DNA from: a phage
Length of the DNA: 64,000 nucleotides
Direction: 5' to 3' (one strand)
NCBI GenBank assembly: GCA_033286805.1
Contig: GCA_033286805.1_4727.1
Positions 18,479-28,634 of this stretch are shown here, piece after piece. Position numbers and translations under genes: made by a program. Numbering within the stretch: the first letter of the stretch is position 1; every line of letters begins with the position of its first letter. The notes below the pieces were generated by a model. It had not been told where the DNA came from. It was given only the letters and a program-made list of their open reading frames with translations, and did no database searches.

Positions 18479-20647
18479 TTAGCTTTCGCAGTCATCTGCG
18501 TCGATGATTTGTCCGCCAGCAACGTTCAGTTGATGATACAGAATCCTCAACGCACGGTTGCCGCCAATGGGATACTTCTCGAAGTTGGTCGCAATAGGAA
18601 TCGCTGACGGTTTATCGGTCGCATAGATGCTTTCAGTGATGCTATCCACCTGTTTTGGATTGTTCGCATAATCCATAAAGACGCTTGCGAACCATCCGCC
18701 AGCAAAGGCGGTAACTTCGCGATGTTCAGATTCACCACAGTAACGAGTTGGTTGCTCTTTACCCGGAGAACTGTATTTATCGCTATTACTGAGTTTCGAC
18801 GGTAATCCATGCGCTTGCAGTTTAGGGATGCCCACCGCTGACCAGTCGTTCGCCGTCTTCTCCAACATCATGATGTACGTGTCACCGATCGCAATATCGT
18901 TCTTGGTTGTCCGCCATTGCCCAGAACGTCCACGATACCGTACAGGACCTTTCTTCAACGGGAACTCACGAATCAGATTCTCCATACGTTCTGAACCTGC
19001 TGCGATACTGTCCGTCGGGATATAAACTTCCGTACCGTGGCGCTGTACGTACCGTAAATGATCCCATTTATCCTCATCCGTGATACAGTATTTTTCAACA
19101 ACCTGTTCCACGAACTCAGGACTGACGATATAGTAGTAGCGCATCAGTGTGTTCCAAGCGGTCTCCAGATCGCCTGCATCCATCACCGGTTTCAGTTCAC
19201 GCATGATCTGATCACCAACGCCGTTGATGTACGGTGCGTTAACACGACTTAAACTCATCCTTTTGATTACCGTACTATCGTCGAACATGAAGTCCGCAAC
19301 GTTACCCCATTGGTCGACCGGCATTTCATCGTCTTCCATGATGTCGGTTACGACGAATTTATCACCCGCCATACCGGTGAATTTAAACCCGATACCTGGA
19401 ACGACGTCGTACGTGTACGTGATGGTCACACGCCAATCATCGAGATTCTCTTTGCGGTAATCGCGAGTCGGTAGCACATGACGTAGCTGTCCGTTGGGAT
19501 TGCGGATATCAATACCATGTTCAGCATCAGCCAGGTTCAACCACCACATCACCGTTTGATGATGACGTATCGGCGTACCAACGCGTTCACGTTCGTACTT
19601 ACGAACAGCATCCTGAATCCGGGTGTAAAGCAAACCGATTGCGTTCTCGTATTTCAGGAATTGACGATACGGAGGACGCATCTTCTCTTCCATCATAATC
19701 GCACGCTCGCGGGCTTGACGTCCAGAACGACGATGTCGATCGCTGACAACATCGATATCCGTTACACGCGCATTCGGTTCCGCGTAAGTGAGGTCATCGT
19801 AAACATAATCCACGCGCTGAAGATTACACGTCATCATGTCAACAACGCTAAGGATAGGATCGATTTCGCGTGTTGCTGCGAGTAACCCATCCTTACGAAT
19901 ACGCTCACCGTTCTCGGGTATTGCTTGATATACCTCGTCATCACCGTAGAGATTGATTGGGTATCGCGATTTACCTGACGTGATTGTTCGCTTCTCAATA
20001 CCGGTACTGGTGAAATGCTTCAATACACCACGACGGGCAACGCCACCATCTTCAATACACTGATAGAAGCTACCGAAACACACCTTGCAATCGCGACCGT
20101 AGCCCCACTCGCGCGTTTCTTGATTGATCGCTGGGCTTTCCATCAAACGAGAATATCGCGGTACGATCTGGCCTCGACGGAGGGAATGGAACAAGTTGGT
20201 TGGTCGAAAACGGAAACCGTACTGCTGATGCATGATGTGATGCTCAGGCACTTCGAGCAAACGCAGTTCGTGACGGTTACCATCCTCTTGGTTTTCATAC
20301 AGCACGTAATGCATCGTGTTTGTTTTGATGCTGTTTGCTGTATGCCCCGGTTGGAAACGTGGGATGATATCTATGATGCGAGATTCAACTGGAAACTCTA
20401 CTGACCACGTGTTCTGTCCGTACTGGTATTCGATCCCCGTCGTCAGTCGGGACGGTTTCGCATCTTTGATAACCAACGCTTGGCTAAGATGTCCACCAAA
20501 CATCGCAGCGCGCTGTGCTGAGTTATAATGCAATAGCCCGTTAAGTCCTGTCCCTACGCCAGTATACTCCTGTTTAATGGGAATGATTTTACCTTCAGCG
20601 ATTGCCTGCTTCACAGATTCATAAAGAGGTTTTTCTTTATAATGCAT
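18479..20647 (-). CDS. multisubunit RNA polymerase beta subunit, C-terminal fragment (about 722 aa)
   Basis: SAQRAAMF...AKPSRLTTGIE resembles beta NMQRQAVP...DKPLVGTGME; GMAGDKFVV...DEMPVD resembles GRHGNKGV...EDMPYD; RYCGESEHREVTAFAGG resembles RFGEMEVWALEAYGAA; start moved to ATG 20647 (AGGAAG SD) because the 55-aa extension is Ser/Arg-rich and overlaps the plus-strand gene. Confidence 0.65.
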   Translation of the reverse strand: MHYKEKPLYESVKQAIAEGKIIPIKQEYTGVGTGLNGLLHYNSAQRAAMFGGHLSQALVIKDAKPSRLTTGIEYQYGQNTWSVEFPVESRIIDIIPRFQPGHTANSIKTNTMHYVLYENQEDGNRHELRLLEVPEHHIMHQQYGFRFRPTNLFHSLRRGQIVPRYSRLMESPAINQETREWGYGRDCKVCFGSFYQCIEDGGVARRGVLKHFTSTGIEKRTITSGKSRYPINLYGDDEVYQAIPENGERIRKDGLLAATREIDPILSVVDMMTCNLQRVDYVYDDLTYAEPNARVTDIDVVSDRHRRSGRQARERAIMMEEKMRPPYRQFLKYENAIGLLYTRIQDAVRKYERERVGTPIRHHQTVMWWLNLADAEHGIDIRNPNGQLRHVLPTRDYRKENLDDWRVTITYTYDVVPGIGFKFTGMAGDKFVVTDIMEDDEMPVDQWGNVADFMFDDSTVIKRMSLSRVNAPYINGVGDQIMRELKPVMDAGDLETAWNTLMRYYYIVSPEFVEQVVEKYCITDEDKWDHLRYVQRHGTEVYIPTDSIAAGSERMENLIREFPLKKGPVRYRGRSGQWRTTKNDIAIGDTYIMMLEKTANDWSAVGIPKLQAHGLPSKLSNSDKYSSPGKEQPTRYCGESEHREVTAFAGGWFASVFMDYANNPKQVDSITESIYATDKPSAIPIATNFEKYPIGGNRALRILYHQLNVAGGQIIDADDCES

Positions 20648-20678
20648 AGGACTTCCTATTATCGAATTGAGGTACGTC

Positions 20679-21032
20679 ATGTCTAACACGCCCCTGAACG
20701 ACTTTCTTAAGACAAACCCCGATGACCTCATCCACGATCTTGATTTCAGGAACGTTGTTGAGATGCATCTGGAATATTTCAAAAATGCCGGACTGGTCTC
20801 TACGATAGACATACCACCCGAACGCGCCTACGAATTCGATGGTAACTTTTATGGATTGTGTCGTGTTCTGCTCGGTGAGGGCAGTGAACCAATGCACTGG
20901 ATAACCATGAGACTCAATGGTTATCGCGACCCTACGGAATACACCGCCGATGTTCTAACCATGAGGATTGTCGATACAAGCGCAATCAACACATTAAAAC
21001 AACAGTACCGCACAATCCACTACAGCGCTTAA
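20679..21032 (+). CDS. hypothetical protein (117 aa), lone plus-strand gene
   Basis: ATG with GAGGT SD; followed by hairpin terminator 21038..21066. Confidence 0.5.
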   Translation: MSNTPLNDFLKTNPDDLIHDLDFRNVVEMHLEYFKNAGLVSTIDIPPERAYEFDGNFYGLCRVLLGEGSEPMHWITMRLNGYRDPTEYTADVLTMRIVDTSAINTLKQQYRTIHYSA

Positions 21033-21037
21033 GATAA

Positions 21038-21066
21038 CCCTCCCACAGCGTAAAGCGTAGGGAGGG
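21038..21066. terminator. hairpin terminator between convergent genes
   Basis: ccctccc / gggaggg stem; plus-sense tail CATTTATGCCG. Confidence 0.5.
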
Positions 21067-21097
21067 CATTTATGCCGTCGTTCGATGACTTAATACA

Positions 21098-22378
21098 TCA
21101 GAAACGATTCACAGTACGTCCTGTCCACGCGCTCAGGATGTTGTTACGTTCCATCTCAGCACGACGACGTAAACCGTTTGGCGACTGCGGTGCTTGCGGC
21201 ATCCCCCATCCAGCCGGTTGCATACCCATGCCCGGCCAAGCAGCGTTATTGAACATCGTACCGTTACGTTCCGCAACACGGTTCATCAGCGCATCAAACG
21301 TGCTATTACCTGCCGGTTGGTTACCGCCGCTTTCCCACTGATTAGGTTGGACAGGTGCGGTTTTACCTAACAGGTTATCGATCACACTGCCTGTTGAAGC
21401 AGGACGCGGTTGCATACCTTCATGTGCAGCTGCTGATGGATTTGGCTTAACCGTCGGCTGCGGACGACTGTTCAGCGTTACACCCATGTTGTATTTCGCT
21501 GGCGGAATCTGACCACGATGTTGATTGATCGGTTCAAAATCCTCAACCCAGGTAACATCACAATAACCGTTCTCTTTACCGTCGTACTTATCACCAAACA
21601 GTTTGATGAGATTGTTCAGCGGTTCCATCAGCTTAGCGAAGCTGTGGATAAGACAATCGAAATACGGAGCATGAGGATCGCTTGACCCAGCGTTGTACGT
21701 TTCGCTTACTTCACCCGCGTGCGGGATAACGTACTCAACCAGGTTTCTCAGCATGTTAAGATCTTTCTTGGAAATCTCAACACCACACCAGTACGTTTTC
21801 TTATCTTTCGTGCTGATATGTTCTTCTTCCATGAACGGGAAAGTAACGACCGCAACACGGGTCATCTTCTTACCCATGTAGGTTGCACCAGTACGACGAA
21901 GATAAATTTTAGACAACGTATACGGTGTGTCACGTTTCAACCAAACGGTGACCAGTTTACCTAACGTCGTTAGCGTTTTATCGCTGGCGTCCGCAAGGAT
22001 GTTGAAGAACTCTTTTTGCTTCGGTCCGAAACGTTTTGCTTCTTTAGGGTTGATTGCGGTTTCAACCATCCAAATCAACATGGAGCACAGCGTGGCATTA
22101 AAACGAACAACCATCGCACGACGCAGGAATTGAAGGACTTCCGATTCGCCGTTCATCACGTCTTCACTTAGCGGATGGAACAGCACACGTTCAGCCAGCT
22201 GATTTCCGGTACGGACTTCGGAAACCGGCATAAGCAACGGCATGCTTTCCACGGTAGCGGCAACTGCAACAACTTTACCATCCCCATCCGTAAAACGATA
22301 TTCTAATTCGTGGGCGTCATTCTCAAAATAGTTAACGCTCTGTAGTGCTTTGCGATAAGCTTCGATAAGCTTCGACAT
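21098..22378 (-). CDS. hypothetical protein with Pro/Gln/Gly/Met-rich low-complexity C-terminal tail (426 aa)
   Basis: Long ORF; C-terminal 110 aa rich in P, Q, G, N, M (GMGMQPAGWGMPQAPQ). Confidence 0.6.
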   Translation of the reverse strand: MSKLIEAYRKALQSVNYFENDAHELEYRFTDGDGKVVAVAATVESMPLLMPVSEVRTGNQLAERVLFHPLSEDVMNGESEVLQFLRRAMVVRFNATLCSMLIWMVETAINPKEAKRFGPKQKEFFNILADASDKTLTTLGKLVTVWLKRDTPYTLSKIYLRRTGATYMGKKMTRVAVVTFPFMEEEHISTKDKKTYWCGVEISKKDLNMLRNLVEYVIPHAGEVSETYNAGSSDPHAPYFDCLIHSFAKLMEPLNNLIKLFGDKYDGKENGYCDVTWVEDFEPINQHRGQIPPAKYNMGVTLNSRPQPTVKPNPSAAAHEGMQPRPASTGSVIDNLLGKTAPVQPNQWESGGNQPAGNSTFDALMNRVAERNGTMFNNAAWPGMGMQPAGWGMPQAPQSPNGLRRRAEMERNNILSAWTGRTVNRF

Positions 22379-22433
22379 ATTGTATTTCCTTTTCTTTACG
22401 TCAACGGTCCCCCTACAACAGGGGACCTATGGA

Positions 22434-24020
22434 TTAGAAGTTGCCTTTGGTAGTTACCGCATCCACCAGGTTAAACAAATCAACGCTCAGCTTATACACC
22501 TCCTGCTGGCTACGGTTGAGCAGCGGACTGTATGCAGATGGGTTGATGTTCGGCATGGTGTACGGAATCGGTGCAGAACCGTCAACGCTGATCTTGAACT
22601 GGCTGTCCAGGAACAGGTTAATCGCGCCGCTCACCATAACCGCATTCGGGTTGTTGCCCAACATGGAGGGTAGGATATTGGTAATCATGTCAGAACGCAT
22701 TTGTTCAGCAGCACGGTTACAATCGTATCCTTTAATGAACGGTACTGCGTCGGTAACCGCAACCGCCCACTGACCTGGCATGATACCGAGTTCTGGGTGA
22801 CCATGGTTGTCAGCAATGAAACGGAACGATTCCAACATGCGATACGTCATCGCAGCAGGCATCATTGCAGCAAGCGATGAACAATACAGCGTTGGATAAT
22901 CGATCACATCCCAGCTCTGGCTGTCGGTCGGCATCCAACCAAACTCGGTGGTTGCTGATGTACCACGACGAGCTTCCACATACGGGAATAACGTTAAGAC
23001 GTCACGGATATGTTCACCGAACATCCGTTTCATGTCAGCCCAACTCAGGCTACCGCTGAAAGCGAATCCTTCATCACGCATAATCGCACCGAATACCGGA
23101 TGCGCAACCAACGGTTCTTCACGAACAGCTTGAGCGGCTTCCACGTAAATATCCTCGTTCTCTGCGCTACCTGGATGAGACCCGCTTTCGTACGTCTGAC
23201 GAATAGCTCCAACATTATCGAAGGCTTTTCTCAGATAGATGGTTGGGATGTTCGTATCGGCACTAGCGGGTTTGATTTTCTCTGTCGCGAAACACATTGC
23301 TGCTTCCACACCACGGAAAACCGGTTCCGGTTGCGGTGGATAGGATGTACGATGAACCACATCAGCGTAGGCTGGATCGAACTGTTGCATCACGTTCTGC
23401 ATGGCTGGGTCCATGAACTGGTTATCAAAACCACCATTACCTACCCAACGTGCTGTTGATGCATAGGTCAGCGTATCCTGAACACGAGTACTGAACTGAA
23501 CATCACGATTAACAGGGTCGTATGCGCCGGTCAACAGGTTCGTTGCGTCCATCGGGGTCGCGCGAACGATTTGCTTACCGAACATATCTGTCGTGGTTGT
23601 TTCGGTTACCTGGATTACGTTCGTGAAGAAGAACACCAGTTCATTCGGCAGATCGATAGCACGCGTTGTAAACGCATCGAGGCTTACAGAATGGTCGGTG
23701 TATCCAGAAATGTAATGGACACGCTTGGTTCCTGGTGCAAGGGCCAAGGATTCTTCTACCGCCATCATGAAATGGAAACGGCGTGTGCCCCAACCATTCG
23801 CAATCTCCGAAACCCCCTCAGGTTCTGCAGACTGCTGCAACAAACCGGTTGCAAGCTTATTGATTGCTGATGGTGTTGTTGCCGTACCGAACCGCGTCGT
23901 GTTAATAAAGTCTTCGATGCTACGCATGCTATCTGCGTGGAATCGTAGTGGACGACGTTGTACGTTGTTGTACGGTGCGGTTTCAACCATCAGTATTTCA
24001 CGAACATTCATCGGGATCAT
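22434..24020 (-). CDS. hypothetical protein (528 aa), possibly abundant/structural
   Basis: Long ORF with preference for cgt/ctg/ggt-type codons. Confidence 0.6.
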   Translation of the reverse strand: MIPMNVREILMVETAPYNNVQRRPLRFHADSMRSIEDFINTTRFGTATTPSAINKLATGLLQQSAEPEGVSEIANGWGTRRFHFMMAVEESLALAPGTKRVHYISGYTDHSVSLDAFTTRAIDLPNELVFFFTNVIQVTETTTTDMFGKQIVRATPMDATNLLTGAYDPVNRDVQFSTRVQDTLTYASTARWVGNGGFDNQFMDPAMQNVMQQFDPAYADVVHRTSYPPQPEPVFRGVEAAMCFATEKIKPASADTNIPTIYLRKAFDNVGAIRQTYESGSHPGSAENEDIYVEAAQAVREEPLVAHPVFGAIMRDEGFAFSGSLSWADMKRMFGEHIRDVLTLFPYVEARRGTSATTEFGWMPTDSQSWDVIDYPTLYCSSLAAMMPAAMTYRMLESFRFIADNHGHPELGIMPGQWAVAVTDAVPFIKGYDCNRAAEQMRSDMITNILPSMLGNNPNAVMVSGAINLFLDSQFKISVDGSAPIPYTMPNINPSAYSPLLNRSQQEVYKLSVDLFNLVDAVTTKGNF

Positions 24021-24021
24021 T

Positions 24022-25608
24022 TTATTTTTTTCCTCTTAAATTTACTACGTGTTCATTTAATCGAACAACTAATTGCACAAGCTGCTGACGGATATCTGCT
24101 GGACAAAGCATCAATCCTTTACGATCAGCTGGGACTTTCTCAAGGATTTCCGGGCCTGCTGCTGAAACATCCCAGTCCCATTCACAAAACGCATCGGCCA
24201 CCATGTTAATACCGACAACCGGTAAAGTTGTACGTTCATCTTCATACATGGCGTGTGGATACAATTTATTGACAGTAATGATCTCCTGTGGTTTTAATTG
24301 GTGGATAATCTGATAAACATCGTCGCGTTTAACCTGGATACCTACGGTCAGCGCTGCTAGTTGAGGAAAACCCCAATGGTCTAATAAGCAAGCTGCGATC
24401 GCTAACGCTTTTGCTTGATGCACGGCTTCAATCGGTGCCAGACTTCTCGCCGGAAGATGGCTATCAAGCAACCATTGTGCCAGTGCTCGGCATCCACGGT
24501 TGATTGGTTTTAACTCAACGGTGTCATCATGTTTAGCGTACGTGTATCCGTCGTAACGTTTTGCGATACGCGCATACATGTCTTCAACTTTACCGTAAGG
24601 TGCTGTTTCGTCGACGTCGTGTAACACACGTTCCATCTGGGTAAGATACGCAATGTCGAGAATGAGTACACGTGGTGAACGTTTATCTTTCACCATCAAC
24701 GCATCAATCACGCCTTGACTATCTTCATCTTGCGCGTTCCCTCGCGGGGTTTTCTCACGAATCGGTCCGCTGAAACGTCGTTCCGTACAAAGGTTATTCA
24801 CATAGCTAAAGATCAGTGTTACCAGATGCGTACAACTCACCAACACCCCATCTTTAACGACAGGCTGTACGGCTTGGTCCAAGTCGCGTACGGCGAGGCG
24901 GCGGACGATGGCTTGTGAACGCAACCAGCCGGGCACTTTCTCCGTCGACATGTAATCCACGGTCATCGACAGTGTGATCTTTTTATCACCCGTCTGTGCG
25001 CGGATATAGTCTTCCAGTCGGTCGTAAGCGGCGATATCATGGATGCGTGTTTTATACATCAACGACATGGCCACTTCTTCTTTACGGACTGTCCCGTACG
25101 TTTTCCCTGCGTCAATCAGAAACTCTGCCCAAATCGGCACCATCAGACGGACGTAGATCGCTAACGCTGTTAACTCAACGTAATCATTTCGTAAATAGGT
25201 TTTCTCAGGTATGTCATCCTCACCTAATGTTGTTTTCATGTCTGGTGGTAATTTTACCCAACCTGGGGTATTACACAACGCCAGAATCTCTTCATACACA
25301 ACCGGTTTGTAAATTTCACCAACAGCGCGACTCAACTCCTCCATTTGTTGTTGTGGAGCAATGTAGTTATCCATCGCTTCACGTGCTTTAACGAACCCTT
25401 CGAAGATGTCGTCAATTCGACGTGGGTTCTTTTGTTCTATCCAGGCGAGATACTTGTTAATCTCCCGCATCTGATTGCTAGCCATATCCCCATCAATCTT
25501 GATGTAACCCTGACCTGAAAATTCTACAGTACGTCCATCACGATGTTTGATGAGATAGTGATCCAGCTTTTCTTTTCCTTGCGTCGTAATGACGGGCACT
25601 ATGTGCAT
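24022..25608 (-). CDS. hypothetical early protein (about 528 aa)
   Basis: Start moved to ATG 25608 (AGAGG SD); early-promoter-like motif at 25659..25682 lies inside the track-extended N-terminus. Confidence 0.6.
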   Translation of the reverse strand: MHIVPVITTQGKEKLDHYLIKHRDGRTVEFSGQGYIKIDGDMASNQMREINKYLAWIEQKNPRRIDDIFEGFVKAREAMDNYIAPQQQMEELSRAVGEIYKPVVYEEILALCNTPGWVKLPPDMKTTLGEDDIPEKTYLRNDYVELTALAIYVRLMVPIWAEFLIDAGKTYGTVRKEEVAMSLMYKTRIHDIAAYDRLEDYIRAQTGDKKITLSMTVDYMSTEKVPGWLRSQAIVRRLAVRDLDQAVQPVVKDGVLVSCTHLVTLIFSYVNNLCTERRFSGPIREKTPRGNAQDEDSQGVIDALMVKDKRSPRVLILDIAYLTQMERVLHDVDETAPYGKVEDMYARIAKRYDGYTYAKHDDTVELKPINRGCRALAQWLLDSHLPARSLAPIEAVHQAKALAIAACLLDHWGFPQLAALTVGIQVKRDDVYQIIHQLKPQEIITVNKLYPHAMYEDERTTLPVVGINMVADAFCEWDWDVSAAGPEILEKVPADRKGLMLCPADIRQQLVQLVVRLNEHVVNLRGKK

Positions 25609-25658
25609 AACAACCTCTTTTCGCGGTTCCCTGTTAAAACGTCTTCTGTGACGTCTAC

Positions 25659-25682
25659 CACAAAGGTAATATAAGCGTGAAT
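25659..25682 (-). promoter_or_regulatory. early-promoter-like motif (minus-sense ATTCACGCTTATATTACCTTTGTG)
   Basis: Same motif, 58 nt upstream of ATG 25608. Confidence 0.5.
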
Positions 25683-25812
25683 AATTTTGGATTCCGGCTG
25701 AGTTATCGCTCAGCATGCAAGGCATCCCGCCGAAGCGAGACACCTTGCACTAACGGAAAATATTCGCGTTACCTTCTGAATCGAAGACTCAGAATGCGAT
25801 ACTAAAGCATCA

Positions 25813-26601
25813 TTAGAATGCTAAACCATCAAAGGCGATTGACGGATCATCGTCGTCATTTGCGCTAGGCGCGTCCCAACGTGTGTCAGGGGCTGCTGAA
25901 GCCGAACTTGAGGCATTAGAGTTACCGTTGTACTGGCCGTTACCAGCATTACGGTTACCGCCACCGTTGTTATTGTTACGATTGTAGCTGTTGTTACCAT
26001 TGCTTACGCTACGACTTTCACCGTCAAAGTTGGTTGCGAGGATGCTTGGTAACACCGCACGATGGATACGTACGAATTCCAGCGCACAAAGCGGAGAAAC
26101 AACACCGATCTGCAAAGGTTGTCCAGACTCATCAACCAAAGCGTGGAAACGCGGCGGTTTGAACACGAATTGGATGTTCGGTTTTTGGTACGCGGTTACC
26201 GCGATGTACACCGAACCATCGTCATTCTTACCCACCCACGTTGTGCTCTCGGTAATCTGCTTTTTCTTACCTGGGTTATTGCGATCATCGATAACCTTTT
26301 CGTTCTTCATCGCAAAGCGTTGACCAGGTTTACCCTTAGCAACCTGCTCGAGGATCGCAAGCAGGTTATAGAACGCGTATGAGCTCATGCGTGCCCAAAT
26401 GCTTTCAGCGCGACCCTGCTGGTCTTTACGACCGGTGTAAACCGTGATACGCGGTTGATTCTTAGCAACGCTAATTTTCAATGAGGGGACTGAATTACCG
26501 CCCTCAACCTTTTCGTCCGCCCACAGTTTCCAGTTGTTGTCGTCATACGCTGTAGGAATAATGTTTCCTTGTGGTTTACTGCCCGAATTCCAATTGCTCA
26601 T
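25813..26601 (-). CDS. putative nucleic-acid-binding protein with disordered Asn/Gly-rich linker and acidic tail (SSB-like architecture), 262 aa
   Basis: Folded N-terminal ~180 aa, then NGNNSYNRNNNNGGGNRNAGNGQYNGNS low-complexity, ending NDDDDPSIAFDGLAF; architecture only, no fold evidence. Confidence 0.4.
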   Translation of the reverse strand: MSNWNSGSKPQGNIIPTAYDDNNWKLWADEKVEGGNSVPSLKISVAKNQPRITVYTGRKDQQGRAESIWARMSSYAFYNLLAILEQVAKGKPGQRFAMKNEKVIDDRNNPGKKKQITESTTWVGKNDDGSVYIAVTAYQKPNIQFVFKPPRFHALVDESGQPLQIGVVSPLCALEFVRIHRAVLPSILATNFDGESRSVSNGNNSYNRNNNNGGGNRNAGNGQYNGNSNASSSASAAPDTRWDAPSANDDDDPSIAFDGLAF

Positions 26602-26674
26602 TTTCAGCCTCGTTACGTAGTGTGAATCAATTTCTGGTTCAGATGATAGTTAATATTAGTTAAAAATTACAGCC

Positions 26675-27472
26675 TCAGCGGAACATGTCCAACAGAAAAC
26701 GTTTTGCAAAGGGGTCACGTAACTGGTTGACGCCAAAGCGCGTACGGTCTTCCGTTGTTAATGGATTCCACTGACTCTGTTTCGCAAGATCTAACAGCAT
26801 CCTTTTTATTTTCACCGGCCCACTGTTAAACTGTACGGCTTGGTCACCGAACGTTCCCAAGGTCATCTTTGTAAATGGAAGATTCGCAACCTCTGGACGA
26901 TCCCCACCAGTAAGTTTAGTCGACCACTGATGTTTTCGTTTCAAGGTTCCGGTATGGCTCTCTACCAAAATAAGTTCACCAAAACCGGTTCTTGCCAACA
27001 AGTCAGAAACATAGTGCGTGGTGATATACGATGTCTTGGTTATCGCGGGTAATTTACAATCCATCGATTCGATATTAGGGAGTCGATCTACAGACGCCAT
27101 TAACCCACGATAAAGTGTCGCGAGTCCTTTTTGTTTTTCGGTGTGTGGCTCCTTATGTATAGCGTGCGGATAAACACGCTTTATTGATGCGTAGGTTGGC
27201 GCATATATCCGCAAGCGAATATGAGGAACGAGTTCATTCACCAGCTGCCTTAGCTGCAGTAATTCGTTTTGAAAATCCCCCGTTATCGTCGACAACGGTA
27301 ATTTATGTTGTTCAACGTCTTCAAAGCTTTCAACGAAATTGCGTGCTAAAGTACGCAGGTTGAACAACCAATCCATCGGTGTTTCTGGCTGTTGCTGCAC
27401 TGCGGATAGTGTTGCTGATGTCCCTACCGATAAAGGATAATCACCTAACGTGCGGGCGTACATATCGCTCAT
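26675..27472 (-). CDS. hypothetical protein (about 265 aa)
   Basis: Track start is TTG at 27508; first ATG with AAGGAG SD is at 27472. Confidence 0.5.
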   Translation of the reverse strand: MSDMYARTLGDYPLSVGTSATLSAVQQQPETPMDWLFNLRTLARNFVESFEDVEQHKLPLSTITGDFQNELLQLRQLVNELVPHIRLRIYAPTYASIKRVYPHAIHKEPHTEKQKGLATLYRGLMASVDRLPNIESMDCKLPAITKTSYITTHYVSDLLARTGFGELILVESHTGTLKRKHQWSTKLTGGDRPEVANLPFTKMTLGTFGDQAVQFNSGPVKIKRMLLDLAKQSQWNPLTTEDRTRFGVNQLRDPFAKRFLLDMFR

Positions 27473-27491
27473 ACCCCACAACTCCTTCTTA

Positions 27492-28634
27492 TCATGGCAA
27501 CGTATCAAGCCAAGCAGAAACCTTTAAGGCGTCAACGTTCGGGTATTTATTACGGATGCGTTCAACCAACAAACGCTTAACGTTGTCCTTTGTCAAGTCC
27601 CCACCTTTCTCGATAACGTTATTGACAAAACTGTTCTTTAATAGCGACTGGTTGTTCTTGGCATCCGTTTTAATTGACCAGACAAAGCCCGGATACAAAG
27701 AAGGGATAGAACGAAACGTTTTCGCTGCGTCGTCTTCCTTATCGCAGCGTATTCGAATATGATCGCCCTTCTTCAATGGAGCCAATTCCCGTTCCAACAC
27801 ACGGACAATTTCATCTCCAACAAGACCATGCAGTTTTATCGTCTTATAGACATCTGCTTTCTTGTTCTCAACAAATTCCCACTGGTCGTTAAACGATTCT
27901 GTTAACGTATAACGGAGATACCCCTTTGGACCTTCTTCGCCATGCGCCAAGCGACCAAACGAACCGCCAACCATGATACGTCCTTTCTGGGATTGTAAGT
28001 GGATATGCCCGCTCACAATCCATCCCTGGGTCTTCTCTACCATTGAGTTATACGCATCACTGCTATGAACACATGTTGCTTTTAACGCTTCTGGTGGAAG
28101 CTGATATTCAAACGCACCGTGCATCAGAATGAAGTCTGGCGATCCCTTCTCATCAATAAGTCGGTTCACGGCCGACAACGTCACATCCGGATCGTGGCTG
28201 TAGTTATCTGGAAGATAAAGCACTTTTAAACCAAAGTCTTCATCAACCATGCAGAGGTCATCGTAATAACGAACTTTCGCTCCTATCTCCATGACCTCGT
28301 TCTGTTCAACGAACCACTGACTTTGCTTCTGGTCGTGTAAATTGGTACCCTCAAGAAAGATCAACGTAATATCGTGTTTTCTCGCATACCGTAACAACCA
28401 GGTACCCCAGGCACGAACAGCAACCACATCACTCGTCACAAATGTCGTAATACGATCGAAGACATCGCCACTGAACGTAATCACATCAAGCAGCGCAGGA
28501 TCTTCTTTTGTAATGTAATAACGCAGTTGGCTAATCAGGTTTACTGTCGGTGTTTGACGATGGATAAAGTGAATATCCGACAAATTGATTCCACGTAATA
28601 CCCCAGGCGTTTTATTTCGACTGAAGTCTCGCAT
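27492..28634 (-). CDS. Mre11/SbcD-like metallophosphoesterase nuclease (380 aa)
   Basis: Ordered phosphoesterase motifs DIHF, GDVFD, GTNLHD, H, GHIH. Confidence 0.6.
   Translation of the reverse strand: MRDFSRNKTPGVLRGINLSDIHFIHRQTPTVNLISQLRYYITKEDPALLDVITFSGDVFDRITTFVTSDVVAVRAWGTWLLRYARKHDITLIFLEGTNLHDQKQSQWFVEQNEVMEIGAKVRYYDDLCMVDEDFGLKVLYLPDNYSHDPDVTLSAVNRLIDEKGSPDFILMHGAFEYQLPPEALKATCVHSSDAYNSMVEKTQGWIVSGHIHLQSQKGRIMVGGSFGRLAHGEEGPKGYLRYTLTESFNDQWEFVENKKADVYKTIKLHGLVGDEIVRVLERELAPLKKGDHIRIRCDKEDDAAKTFRSIPSLYPGFVWSIKTDAKNNQSLLKNSFVNNVIEKGGDLTKDNVKRLLVERIRNKYPNVDALKVSAWLDTLP

Noticed and set aside
18479-20812. Track-extended N-terminus of the beta C-fragment gene (start at 20812)
   Set aside because: The first 55 residues are Ser/Arg-rich and overlap the protein-like plus-strand gene 20679..21032; ATG 20647 with AGGAAG SD preferred.
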